This document shows, piece after piece, positions 52,837 to 64,000 of a stretch of DNA of 64,000 nucleotides. This DNA comes from Octopus vulgaris (taxonomy: Eukaryota), in assembly GCA_951406725.2 (NCBI GenBank), contig OX597831.1, forward strand, positions 25,172,001 through 25,236,000. The letters are read 5' to 3'. Below the pieces are notes generated by a model, which was not told the origin of the DNA, ran no database searches, and saw only the letters and a list, made by a program, of their open reading frames with translations. The position numbers and the translations under genes were made by a program. Positions within the stretch are counted from its first letter, which is position 1. Each line of letters opens with the position of its first letter.

Positions 52837-53707
52837 TACGTGTTGCTGTGCAACTATTTGCATGCTTGTTTGTTTGCATTTAAGTGTGTATGTATGTATG
52901 TATTTTTCCATGTGTATTTTATATAAATAAATTTGTATATATATATTTATATATATACTACAATAATATGTAATATTGTATATACATATATATATATACA
53001 CACACAAATATATATATATATATGTGTATATACACACACAAACATGCATACACATTCGTACATGCATGTTTGCACTTGTAAGTATACATGTATCTATCTA
53101 TGTATGTATCAGTGTAGATATTTGTATATGTGACATAAAACTGAAATAATCCTCTGGCAAATATGTAGATGTGTATGTTACTGAAATCATTCAGATGTTT
53201 TACAAACTCACAAATACAGTGACACACAAACACACACTTGACTTTTGATCACGTTTGTGGAACATCCACAAGTCTTGGTTGGCATATTTCAGAGGTGGTT
53301 TGCCAATGCCTTTTCTCAATCTAAACAGCAGGATTAATTGAACCTGATCATTTCAATGGACTTGCCCCAAAATTTCCTTTTACAGAATCTCACTCACATT
53401 GCATTAACCAACCAAATATTATGGAAAGAGACACTTACCTTTTGTGCTATGCACCAAGCTTAGAACCATGATGTTCCAAGCCTAAATTCTTGGCTTACAT
53501 GGTCATGCCTGCCCCTAACGTGTATGTGTATTTTACCTTTTATTTGTTTCAGTCATTTGACTGTGGCCATGCTGGGGTAACTTTTTTAAAGCCTAATACT
53601 TATGTTATCAGTCTCTTTTACTGAACCTCTAAGTTACAGAGATATAATCACATCAACAGCGGTAGTCAAGCGGTACTGTGGACAAACAAAGATGCACACA
53701 TTCATCC

Positions 53708-53790
<83 letters not shown>

Positions 53791-53927
53791 ATGATGATAT
53801 ATATATATAATATATATATATATACATATATATATTTATATATATTTATCTGAGCATCCAATAACACTATACTTGTTCCACGTCCTCGTGTTGTATTTTC
53901 TCTTTGTGTTTTCATGTTTGGATTAAC

Positions 53928-53997
<70 letters not shown>

Positions 53998-54080
53998 AAT
54001 ATATATACAGACACATATACAAGCATATATATGTTATATATGTATGCACATATATATATACACACATGTACATATGCACA

Positions 54081-54114
<34 letters not shown>

Positions 54115-54527
54115 CATACATGTATAAGCCCATACACAAATAGAAAGAGAGAAAGTGAGACTGAGTGAGTCAGATTATCTGTCTGTGACCAACATATCAT
54201 AATCCACTGCTATAAATTCTTTAAAGTGTTTTATCCATTAATCAATTGCCATCATCTTTTTTTATAGCCGTTTTATCTCCAAAGGCAAATGAAAATAAAA
54301 AACAATTAAGATTTGCCTAATCTTCAAATTCTTAACATTTGATCAACACATTTTTATTATTTCTAAACTGGGACAAGACTTTTTTTTTATTTTAATTCAA
54401 AGTAAAAACATAAGATAACTAAAGTCCGAGTGATTCAATTTTTTTCTGATAGTATATGTGAAAATATTTTGATAAAAACAGTTTGGATGTGGGTAAGAAA
54501 GTGAAATAAATAAATTTATATCTGAAT

Positions 54528-54698
54528 AGTAGGAGTAGCTGCGTGGTAAGTAGCTTGCTGACGAACCACATGGTTCCGGGTTCAGTCCTACTACATGGCA
54601 CCTTGGGCAAGTGTCTTCTACTATAGCCTCGGGCAGATCAAAGCCTTGTGAGTGGATTTGGTAGACGGAAACTGAAAGAATCCCGTCGTATATATGTA

Positions 54699-54732
<34 letters not shown>

Positions 54733-54941
54733 ATGTTTGTGTGTCTGTGTTTGTCCCACCCCAACATCGCTTGACAACCGATGCTGGTGTGTTTACGTCC
54801 CTGTAACTTAGCGGTTTGGCAAAATACACCAATAGAATAAGTACTAGGCTTACAAAGAATATGTCCTGGGGTCGATTTGCTCAACTAAAGGTGGTGCTTC
54901 AGCATGGCCACAGTCACATGACTGAAACAAGTAAAAGAGTA
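54528..54941 (+). mobile_element. Family A SINE
   Basis: Full colinear copy. Confidence 0.9.
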
Positions 54942-55129
54942 TAGTAGCTTTTGTTTTTTTTTGACAAATGAGCTACCGGCCATCCACCACCAGCACATTG
55001 CCATCACCGGCCAATACACTGGTTACCAGATCCAGCACAAGTGTGTGTGTCTGTGTGTCCATGTGTTATGCATTTCTCAGTGGGTGCCGTGCTCTTGGCA
55101 ATGCTCATGCACAAGCAAGCAACATTCAA

Positions 55130-55420
55130 TACTGAGGTTAGAGTGTTGCATTTTCAATTTTGTGGACATGATTTCAATTCCTGGACTAGTTGCATGTTGT
55201 GTTCTTGAACAAAATACTTCATTTCACACTGCCCTAGTTCACTCACCTGCAAATGGGTAATTTTGTGATGGACCAGTGTTCCCTTTTAGGGGTACACTGC
55301 TCTGCCCACCTAGACAGCAGGGTGGCATCATTCAAAAGCTGAAACAATGCAAAGCACACTATGACCAGTAGTTTATAACAACACCCATTAGTCTAGCCAA
55401 TATCATGATACTGTCATATA
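55130..55420 (+). mobile_element. Old CORE-like SINE with a third type of tail
   Basis: TTCAATTCCTGG...TGTTGTGTTCTTGAACAAAATACTTCATTTCAC...GTTCACTCACCTG resembles the heads at 11826 and 50597. Confidence 0.55.
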
Positions 55421-55867
55421 TATATATATATATATATCTTATATTCCTGTCTCATGATTTTCATCTCTTATGTTCCTGCCTCAAGGCTTTCACTCTGCAC
55501 ATTCCAGCTCAACTTGATTTGTCTTTATTGGTCGAAAGACACCTGTTGTTATTTTCTTATTTGTAAATGTGTAACATTTTTCTCATTTTTTTGTCTTTTC
55601 TATTGTACAAATTCGCTTGCTTTCTCCCCAAATATTTAATGACCTTAGCTTAGATTTTTGGTACCAACCAGAGTTGAACAGTCTCAAGTGTAACTGGCTG
55701 AAACTGTAAGGATGATCTCTAAACTTGACTGATGAGAGAGGGCTGTGAATGACCCGTCTTTGTTTTTTTCCTGTTTATTTTTTTGTTGTTTTTCTTGTCC
55801 GTTTTTGTATTGTCTATTTGTCCAAATACTTTATTGTTGCCTGTTGTGTTCTTGTTCCATTTTTTGG

Positions 55868-55924
<57 letters not shown>

Positions 55925-57137
55925 TATATTGTATTTCAGAATGGTCATTTTTTTTGCCAAATAAACACAAGCACTACATTCTCCACTCGTTTATTATTGT
56001 TCTTATTCTAACTCATGTCCCTCCCTCTCATCCCCGTCCCCTCCCCCCGTTGCCACTGCTGTTGCCCTTGAACCCGACTTTTGGTACAATTCAATAATCG
56101 CTCTGTGGCATTTTATGGGAGTGGCACTATTTTTGGGTCTACTGTAGGTAATATGTATTTTTTGTGTGGGGCCTGGGGGTGGCAAGCAGAAGGGCCATCC
56201 AGGGTGGCACACATTCTAGATACACTAGTAGAAATCACCATGAGAAGCATTAACATAAAAAGCTGTGCACAGTTAATTGCTTCCTGAAATAAGCAAGAAG
56301 AAGCAGATTGACATTTTAGGTGAATTCCTTAAAGTAGAGAAAGCAAAACAAAAGCAAGAAGAGATAAACAAGAAAAGAAATTATACCTGTTTGGAACACG
56401 TGTATTTTTCAACTACTTGCTCTATATATTCGTATATTATTTAACTGTGACTCTCAAAAGAGCTAAATCTGTTGTATTCTTGTTCCATCTATTAAAAAGA
56501 TGAATATGCCCACTATTTGATGCAATGAATATCTTTCTTGAATTCTGTTTTTTTTTCATTCCTAGTAGAATCCCCAACTGCAATGTATAAGGGAAGGAAG
56601 AAATATTAGATGATGTAGCTTTTGATAGCCCTAATCCCACGGCCACCACCACCACCACCACCACTGTCACCACCATTATCACTATCAGCGGAATGGTCAT
56701 GGATCAAGCACTTTTGATCTTAGATTTTCTCAATAAGAACTGATTTAATCATAAGCAACTACGACATGGTAATAATAGGTGGTGATAAAAATGATATATA
56801 AGTTAACCCTGGAATTAATCTGAACACACCTGTTGGAATATAGTTAAAGTATACCAAGTGGATAAAGTATACAACTGCCTGCAAGGAGGATGTGAGTTCA
56901 AATCCTCTTCAAACATGTTGTTGTGTTGTTGTTGTTGTTGTTGTTTAATTTTAAGTCAGACCTGATCAAGTAGCCTTATTATCAAAAGGCATCCTAATAA
57001 TGACAATCAAATTTATTTTGTACCTCAGACAGTATTGTCTAATGTTTCTTATTGTTAGGGTGGCAGTGTGGGACTTAAGAATGATTTAACTGCTATTTCT
57101 AGCAGATCATGTAGCTTACTTCTCTTGACAGGTTATT

Positions 57138-57532
57138 CTCTTTTACTTGTTTCAGTCATTTGACTGTGGCCATGCTGGAGCACTGTCTTTAGTCGAGCAA
57201 ATCGACCCCAGGACTTATTCTTTGGAAGCCTAGTACTTATTCTATTGGTGTCTTTTGCCGAACCGCTAAGTTATGGGAACGTAAACACATCAGCATCGGT
57301 TGTCAAGCAATGTTGGTGGGACAAACACAGACACACAAACACATACACACACACATACAAATATATATACATACAACGGGCTTCTTTCAGTTTCCGTCTA
57401 CCAAATCCACTCACAAGGCTTTGGTTGGCCCAGGGCTATAGTAGAAGACACTTGCCCAAGGTGCCATGCAGCGAGACTGAACCTAGAACCATGTGGTTGG
57501 TAAGTAAGCTACCTACCACAGAGCCACTCCTA
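57138..57532 (-). mobile_element. Family A SINE
   Basis: Full colinear copy. Confidence 0.9.
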
Positions 57533-58003
57533 CACTTACATTATTCACATTCACAGGAGAAAGTGAGAAGGAATCAGTAGTAGGTGCAAAGAGATAAATG
57601 GTATTGATGAGGTGTCCAGGTGGCATCTCAGCATATAAGGTAGACAGAAGTGAAAGGGGGTGGAAAACCCAGGAGAGCTGGTAGCTGGAAATTAATTTAC
57701 ACTGAAGTACTTAATTCTTCACTGAATAAAAGAATAGTCTTCTATGAGAAATGTAAGATTGTTGTTTTCTACATTTGGACATATTCCAAGCAAACATAAT
57801 ACCTTCATTTTCCCTCTTCAAATCAGTCAGATAACTCTCTCTTTTTCCCCTTCTCCATTATTTAATGTTATTCAGAATAGAAAATCACAGTTCACAAATA
57901 TATGATATAAAAATAACACTAAATTGAAATAATAAAGCTTTATTTTTTCTCTTGTAAATCACTGAAAAATGTTCTTGTCTAATATTACTAATAATAACCT
58001 TAA

Positions 58004-58703
58004 CCCTTTCATTACTGTTTTTATTTTGAGATGCTCTGTGTTTCTTTCAATTATTTTAAATATATCAAAGAATTTAGTAAAATAACTTAGTTATCGTTCA
58101 GCTAGTGTTAGGAACATAAACTGTGGCAAAGGTTTGGTGGAATAATTTAATTCAAAACTTATGAAAATCAAACATATTTACTACAGAGCCAGAGCTGGTT
58201 TCAGCTGGGTTGGTATTGAAAGGGTTAAAATTAATAATTTGTTAACACTTTTGTTGCCATTTTTCTGTTGAGATGTTCTGTGTTTCTTTCAAATATTTTA
58301 AATATAAGAATTTAGTAAAATAACTTAGTTATCGTTCAGCTAGTGTTAGGAACACAAACTGTGGCTAAGGTTTGGTGGAAGATATTAATTCAAAACTTAT
58401 GAAAATCAAACATCTTTACTACAGAGCCAGAGCTGGTTTCAGCTGGGTTGGTATTGAAACGGTTAAATTAATCATTTGTTAACACTTTTGTTGCCATATT
58501 TCTGTTGAGATGCTCTGTGTTTCTTTCAAATATTTTAAGTATAACAAAGAATTTAGTAAAATAACTTAGTTATCGTTCAGCTAGTGTTAGGAACATAAAT
58601 TGTGACTAAGGTTTGGTGGAAGATTTTAACTCAAAACTTATGAAAACAAAACATTTGTATTACAAAGCCAGAGTCAGTTTCAGCCGGGTTAGTATTGAAA
58701 GGG
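58004..58703. mobile_element. Head-to-tail trimer of piggyBac-type MITE (58004-58224, 58246-58462, 58483-58703)
   Basis: Each unit bounded by TTAA; reverse complement of 35946-36166; near-identical spacers ATTAAT(A/C)ATTTG. Confidence 0.92.
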
Positions 58704-58875
58704 TTAAGGCCCAAGCTAGCAAAATCATTGCCATGTCAGAAAAAATGTTTAATGGCATTTCTTCCAACTTTGCATTCTGAGTTCAAATATTGCTGAGGTC
58801 AGATTTGCCTTTCATCCTTCCAGTTGGACACTGAGGTCAATGTAATTGACCTCCGCCAAAATTTGAAGTCATTCG

Positions 58876-59392
58876 TCATCATCCTTTATTTAAGGTCTGC
58901 TTTCCATACTGGCAAGGGTTAGACATTTTGACTGGAACTGGTAAACAAAGTTCCAGTCTGATTTGGCTTGGTTTCTGCAACTGAATGCCCTTCCTAATGC
59001 CAACCTCTCCAAGAGTATAATGGGTACTTTTTATGTGCCACCAGCATAGGTGCCATTTATATGACATTGGTAACAGCCATGTCTATCATTTCACTTGGCT
59101 AGAAGAGTCTTCTCAAGCACTGCATATCGCCAAAGGGCTCAGTCACTTGTCATCACCTCCATGAGGCCCAACATTCAAAGATCATTCTTCACCCCTTCAT
59201 CCATCACCTCCATGAAGCCCAACATTTAAAAATCCTGCTTCATCCCCTCGTCCTTCACCTCCATGAGGCCCAACATTCAAAGATCATTCTTCACCCCTTC
59301 ATCCCTCACCTCCATGAGGCCCAACATTTAAAAATCCTGCTTCATCCCCTCGTCCTTCACCTCCATGAGGCTCAACATTTGAAGATCATGCT
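58876..59392 (-). mobile_element. Family C RTE 3' end with last codons and an internal 51-bp tandem repeat (59151-59392)
   Basis: Minus strand reads DEGVKNDL*MLGLMEVMTSD*ALWRYAVLEKT (RTE-like C-terminus, decayed), then family C UTR and (GAT)n. Confidence 0.75.
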
Positions 59393-59539
59393 ACTGGCAA
59401 TGGCCACAACTATGATTCCACAGGTGCCATTTACATAACGCTAGCAATGGCCACGAGGTCAAATAAATGGCACCCAATCCAAAAGGTATCAATCTTTAAC
59501 TCTGAATGCTTGATTTTGAGTCTGTATATGCTTCATATA

Positions 59540-59770
59540 TGTTTCTTTATTACCCACAAGGGGCTAAACATAGAGGGGACAAACAAGGGCAGACAAACGG
59601 AATAATCGATTACATCGACCCCAGTACTTAACTGGTACTTAATTTATCGACCCCGAAAGGATGAAAGGCAAAGTCGACCTCGGCGGAATTTGAACTCAGA
59701 ACGTAACGGCAGACGAAATACGGCTACGCATTTCGCCCGGCGTGCTAACGGTTCTGCCAGCTCGCCGCCT
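59540..59770 (-). mobile_element. Young monomeric family B SINE
   Basis: CpG-rich, complete head to tail; perfect 15-bp TSD TATATGCTTCATATA at 59525-59539 and 59771-59785. Confidence 0.93.
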
Positions 59771-61025
59771 TATATGCTTCATATAGAATCAAATTCGTCT
59801 TCTTCAGAGAGCTTCAAACCAACATCAGATGGCATGTTTAGAAATGGGTTTCAAACACAACCAGAGGCCTTAGTGTTTGATGGGAGGAAAATAAAGTTTA
59901 TTTCTCCCAGAGTTGTCAAATGTTCAACCATTTGAATGTTTCATCCTCTCTTTCTTTTAAACTACCATTTTTATTTACTAACTTCTCTTTTCTTTTGAAA
60001 GACAATCAGTTTATCTGTTGAAATCAGAATATTTTCACAGCATACCAAGTTACATATCATGTGGCACAAACAAGCTAATGTGTACCATTATGGAGTCATT
60101 AATCCACAGTATCTGAGATTACTTGGGGATGGGGTGAGCGCTATAATACACCCTCAGAGAACTGTAATAATACAGCTGACCTTAGAACAATTTGAACTCA
60201 GAACATTGTGTGCGTGTGTGTGTTAATTATTCTAATCAAGTTGATTTGTTACTATAAAATTGCAATCAATTCACCCTTCTTTTCATAGTTAATATGATTA
60301 AATTTTCACAAAATATTGATGTGTTATTAATAGTTAATATTACAGCGTTAATGTTACTATGTGAAATTATTATTTATTAGATCTAAATATTATTAGATTT
60401 ACATGTCTCACTAATACAATAACTGGTTAATGCTATTAAGATGTTTGTATTTAGAAAAAACAGTTCAATGATTAAACTATTATTATCATTACTTTGTTTT
60501 TTTATATTGTTTTTTTTTTTTGTTTGCTCGTGGTTTTTTTTTTTCTTCTCTCTTCTCGTCATAAATGAGTTTGTCTCTCATTTTGCCACCAGCAACATAC
60601 AAAGTTATATACGATGCATAATGAGTTGTCAAGATTAGCTTTATCGTTATCACTATTGTCGTCATCATTATCATCATCATCATCATCACCGCCATCAACT
60701 TCTTTGTTATTATAGTAATCGTCTCTACTATTCCCATCATTGTCACATGTTTATATGTGTGAGAGCATACATTTGTATCTGTTAGTATATGTTAATATGT
60801 GTATGTGTATGTTAATATGTGTGAGTGTGTATTGGTTGTTCTTTCTTTTTTTCAAATGTTTCTATATATATATTTAATTTGTCAAATGCCTTTGTGAGGT
60901 TTCTGTGCAGTTCTGTAGGTGTGTATGGTTGTAATACTATGTGTGCATCTATAGAAGTTTATATCTGTTAACACATAGTATTAACGTATGTGCATATGTT
61001 ATGTGTATATATGCAAGTGTGTGTA

Positions 61026-61084
<59 letters not shown>

Positions 61085-61199
61085 CAAGAGAAAGAGAGAG
61101 CAAGAGAGAGACATGCACATGTGTATGTATTTATAAGAGCATACATGTTTCTATGTGTGAGTGTATATGCATATATGTGTATATATATGTGTGTGTGTA

Positions 61200-61347
61200 T
61201 ATTCATATATATATATATATATATACATACATATATATATTTGTGTGTATGTATATATATATATATATTAGCATATATGTGTGTATATATATATATATAT
61301 TTGCATATATGTGTGTATGTATATATATATATATATAAAAGCATATA

Positions 61348-61380
<33 letters not shown>

Positions 61381-61421
61381 TTTTGCATATATGTGTGTGT
61401 ATATGTATATATTTGCATATA

Positions 61422-61473
<52 letters not shown>

Positions 61474-61480
61474 TATATGT
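61200..61480. repeat. TA/TG-based minisatellite with GCATATATGTGTG anchors
   Basis: Anchor recurs five times at about 30-45-bp spacing. Confidence 0.75.
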
Positions 61481-62979
61481 ATTCCCAAGTACCCAGTTAA
61501 AGATTGTTAAAGTGGAGAATGTTATATTCTTAGATGAAAGTTCTCAATAGGAATTTCTCAGATTACTAAGATAACCATGATTTTTAATCTGTGTCTTCCT
61601 CTCTATATCACGATGTGTTACATCAGAGTTGTCACAAGAGCACTCTGTCATTTTTGTCTTATTCATGTCTTATTCATGCTCTTTTCTCACTCTTTCTTCA
61701 TGTTTTACTGGAATTTTCCTCTTGTTGTTTTTTTTTTTTTTGCTTGTTGCTTTGATTTTGGTTCTTTAGAGTTGCGTATGGTTTAGTGCTGGGTTTTTTC
61801 TCTCTTCTTTTTTTTCTGTATTGGAATTTTATTGTGCTTATGAAAATTCCCAGTATGATTTGTAACATCTGAAGAAAAACTTTTTTTTTTTTGTAAAGTC
61901 TATCAAACAGAAATTTGTGAAAATTGTCTCCCACCACAAAAAAAAAAGAAGAAAAAGAAAAACAACAACAACAATATAAAAAGAAGTCCACAAATAAATT
62001 CCTCTTTGAGTTAATAATAGTAGCTTCTCTGAAACTGTACGTGCCATCATTAATGACTTATTCTGAAATGATAAATCGATTCAAAAAATGCTGCTGCTGT
62101 TGTTGTTATTGTTGTTGTTGCAAGTGTTAGAGCGTTGGGAAAATTACTTTGTGATATTTTACATTCTGTGTTCAATTCCTGCTGAGATTCATACCTCTCA
62201 TGTCGATGAAATAAAGTACTGGTCAAGTTCCTAAGATCAATGTAATTGACAAACCTATTCTCCTCCAAAGTGCTGGTCTTCTACCTTAATTTGAAACCAC
62301 AATTATCATCTAGTCAGAGAAGCTAAAGAATGAATTTTAAGAAATTGTGGACAGTTTCCACTTCTCACTTGCAAAGTTTCTCATATTCCAACAGAACAGA
62401 AAGAAAATGACAAAAATTACCATTTTCATTATATTTGTGAGCCCTACATAAAAAAAATGGCAAGTCAGTTGGAAGCAATTGTGGTTGTAAGTCGATGACA
62501 CCCTCTGTGTGTGTGTATATATATATAGTAATATTAACAATAATCTTTAGATGGAGTTTATAAGCATTTTATGCATGGAAACAAGTGTTTCCACAAATCC
62601 CATCTCTGGTCCACAGTTCATGTTGTTGGGATGATTACAATGTTGTCTGTAGTATCTATAGGCATTGGGTATATCATCTTCATGGCTTCATTTCTTCAGT
62701 GAAGAAATGAATCCAGATCCATATGGACTGTGATCTTAAGAGACATGAGATTTGTGTAAATGCAGATAACAGTGCATTAAAATATTTATAAATTCCATCC
62801 AAGGATTATTGTTACTGTTGCTATATTTATTCTACATTATATTGGTACAGCTAGGTGCAACCCAAAAAACTGGTCCACCAGTCAGCATCATAGAATTGTG
62901 GTCGGCATAATGGAATAACTGCTTTATTTGCATATTCAAAATGTTTCCCATAAACAAATTTAAATGATACATATATATA

Positions 62980-63137
62980 TATAATAATATTATTAGGGAA
63001 TAAATCCAAACTTACAGGGGAAAATTTGATTTAGGATTAAATCCAATTTTATAGTATAAATATATTATATTATATTATATTAAATTAGAGATAAAACCAC
63101 TATTGATTTGCCTAATAGTGGTTTTATCTCTAATTTA

Positions 63138-63147
<10 letters not shown>
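62980..63147. mobile_element. Probable Penelope-like terminal remnant with fold-back inversion
   Basis: AGGGAATAAATCCAAACTTACAGGG matches reverse complement of 16047-16073; perfect 34-bp inverted repeat at 63071-63147. Confidence 0.55.
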
Positions 63148-63186
<39 letters not shown>

Positions 63187-63566
63187 AAAGTTAGTAGTTA
63201 ATTAAGCGTATGGTATACACTGGTAGTTTGCCTGTAAATCACGTTCACTGCCTATGGCTATCTGAAGACATCCATGGTATAATTATCATAAATGTCGCTG
63301 GATCTATTGCAGGAATTCCTCTGCATTCGTCAGATATGTAATTAATGAGAGGGACAGAAGAGGGAATATACGAGAATTTTTATTGATCACTATAATCATT
63401 TTGAACCATCTGCACTGTGCAATGCACCTCAACCAGTTGTACAGTATGCCAACCATGAAGTATAGATGCTGGATGGGTCGAAACAATTGTAGTGATCAAT
63501 AAACATCCTTGTCTATTCCATCTTCCATCTCTCTCATTAATTATGTGTGTGTGTATGTGTGTGTAT

Positions 63567-63605
<39 letters not shown>

Positions 63606-63609
63606 AACA

Positions 63610-63962
63610 CATGATCATTACTAGCGTCACCTTACTGGCACTTATGCCGGTGGCATGTGAAAAAAATATTTCAGCAACGTTGTTGCCAGTGCCACTGGAC
63701 TGGCTCCTGTGTAGGTGGCACATAAAAAACACCATTTGAGCATGGCCATTGCCAGTACTGCCCGACTGGCCCTCATGCCAGTGGCACGTAAAAGCATCCA
63801 CTACACTCTCGGAGTGGTTGGCGTTAGGAAGGGCATCCAGCTGTAGAAACTCTGCCAGATCAGATTGGAGCCTGGTGCAGCCATCTGGTTTGCCAGTCCT
63901 CTGTCAAATCGTCCATAACATGTGAGCATGGAAAGTGACATTAAATGATGATGATGATGATG
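63610..63962 (+). mobile_element. Family C RTE 3' UTR with hairpin array
   Basis: Same units as 32817-33273; (GAT)n tail. Confidence 0.8.
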
Positions 63963-64000
63963 ACATACTTATAGGCACATATACATACATATATCTATAT

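Noticed and set aside
53260-53320. BovB/RTE-like tail motif (minus strand GGCATTGGCAAACCACC)
   Set aside because: Too short and diverged to define an element without a search

Overview
AT-rich, microsatellite-saturated animal genomic DNA. The SINE/LINE repertoire and dense (TA)n/(CA)n/(ATT)n tracts suggest an octopus (coleoid cephalopod); this is an inference, not a database result. No host protein-coding exon can be supported, so the window reads as intronic or intergenic. Nearly all ORFs in the track come from microsatellites or antisense SINE sequence. Real coding remnants are all from transposons: a young 5'-truncated RTE LINE with a C-terminal C2H2 finger and 10-bp TSD, an internally deleted mariner, and decayed RTE/CR1 3' ends. 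Also present: several tRNA-derived SINE families with swapped modules, a non-autonomous Helitron, and piggyBac-, hAT- and pogo-type MITEs. The most interesting signals are non-coding: hammerhead ribozyme folds in Penelope-like remnants (including a back-to-back inverted pair at 39892-39993), variable double-hairpin arrays in an RTE 3' UTR, a multimeric SINE with a shared palindromic junction, a MITE trimer recording unequal crossover, a candidate (ATT)n-targeting element and a 24-nt templated insertion. Family letters A-F are my own labels.
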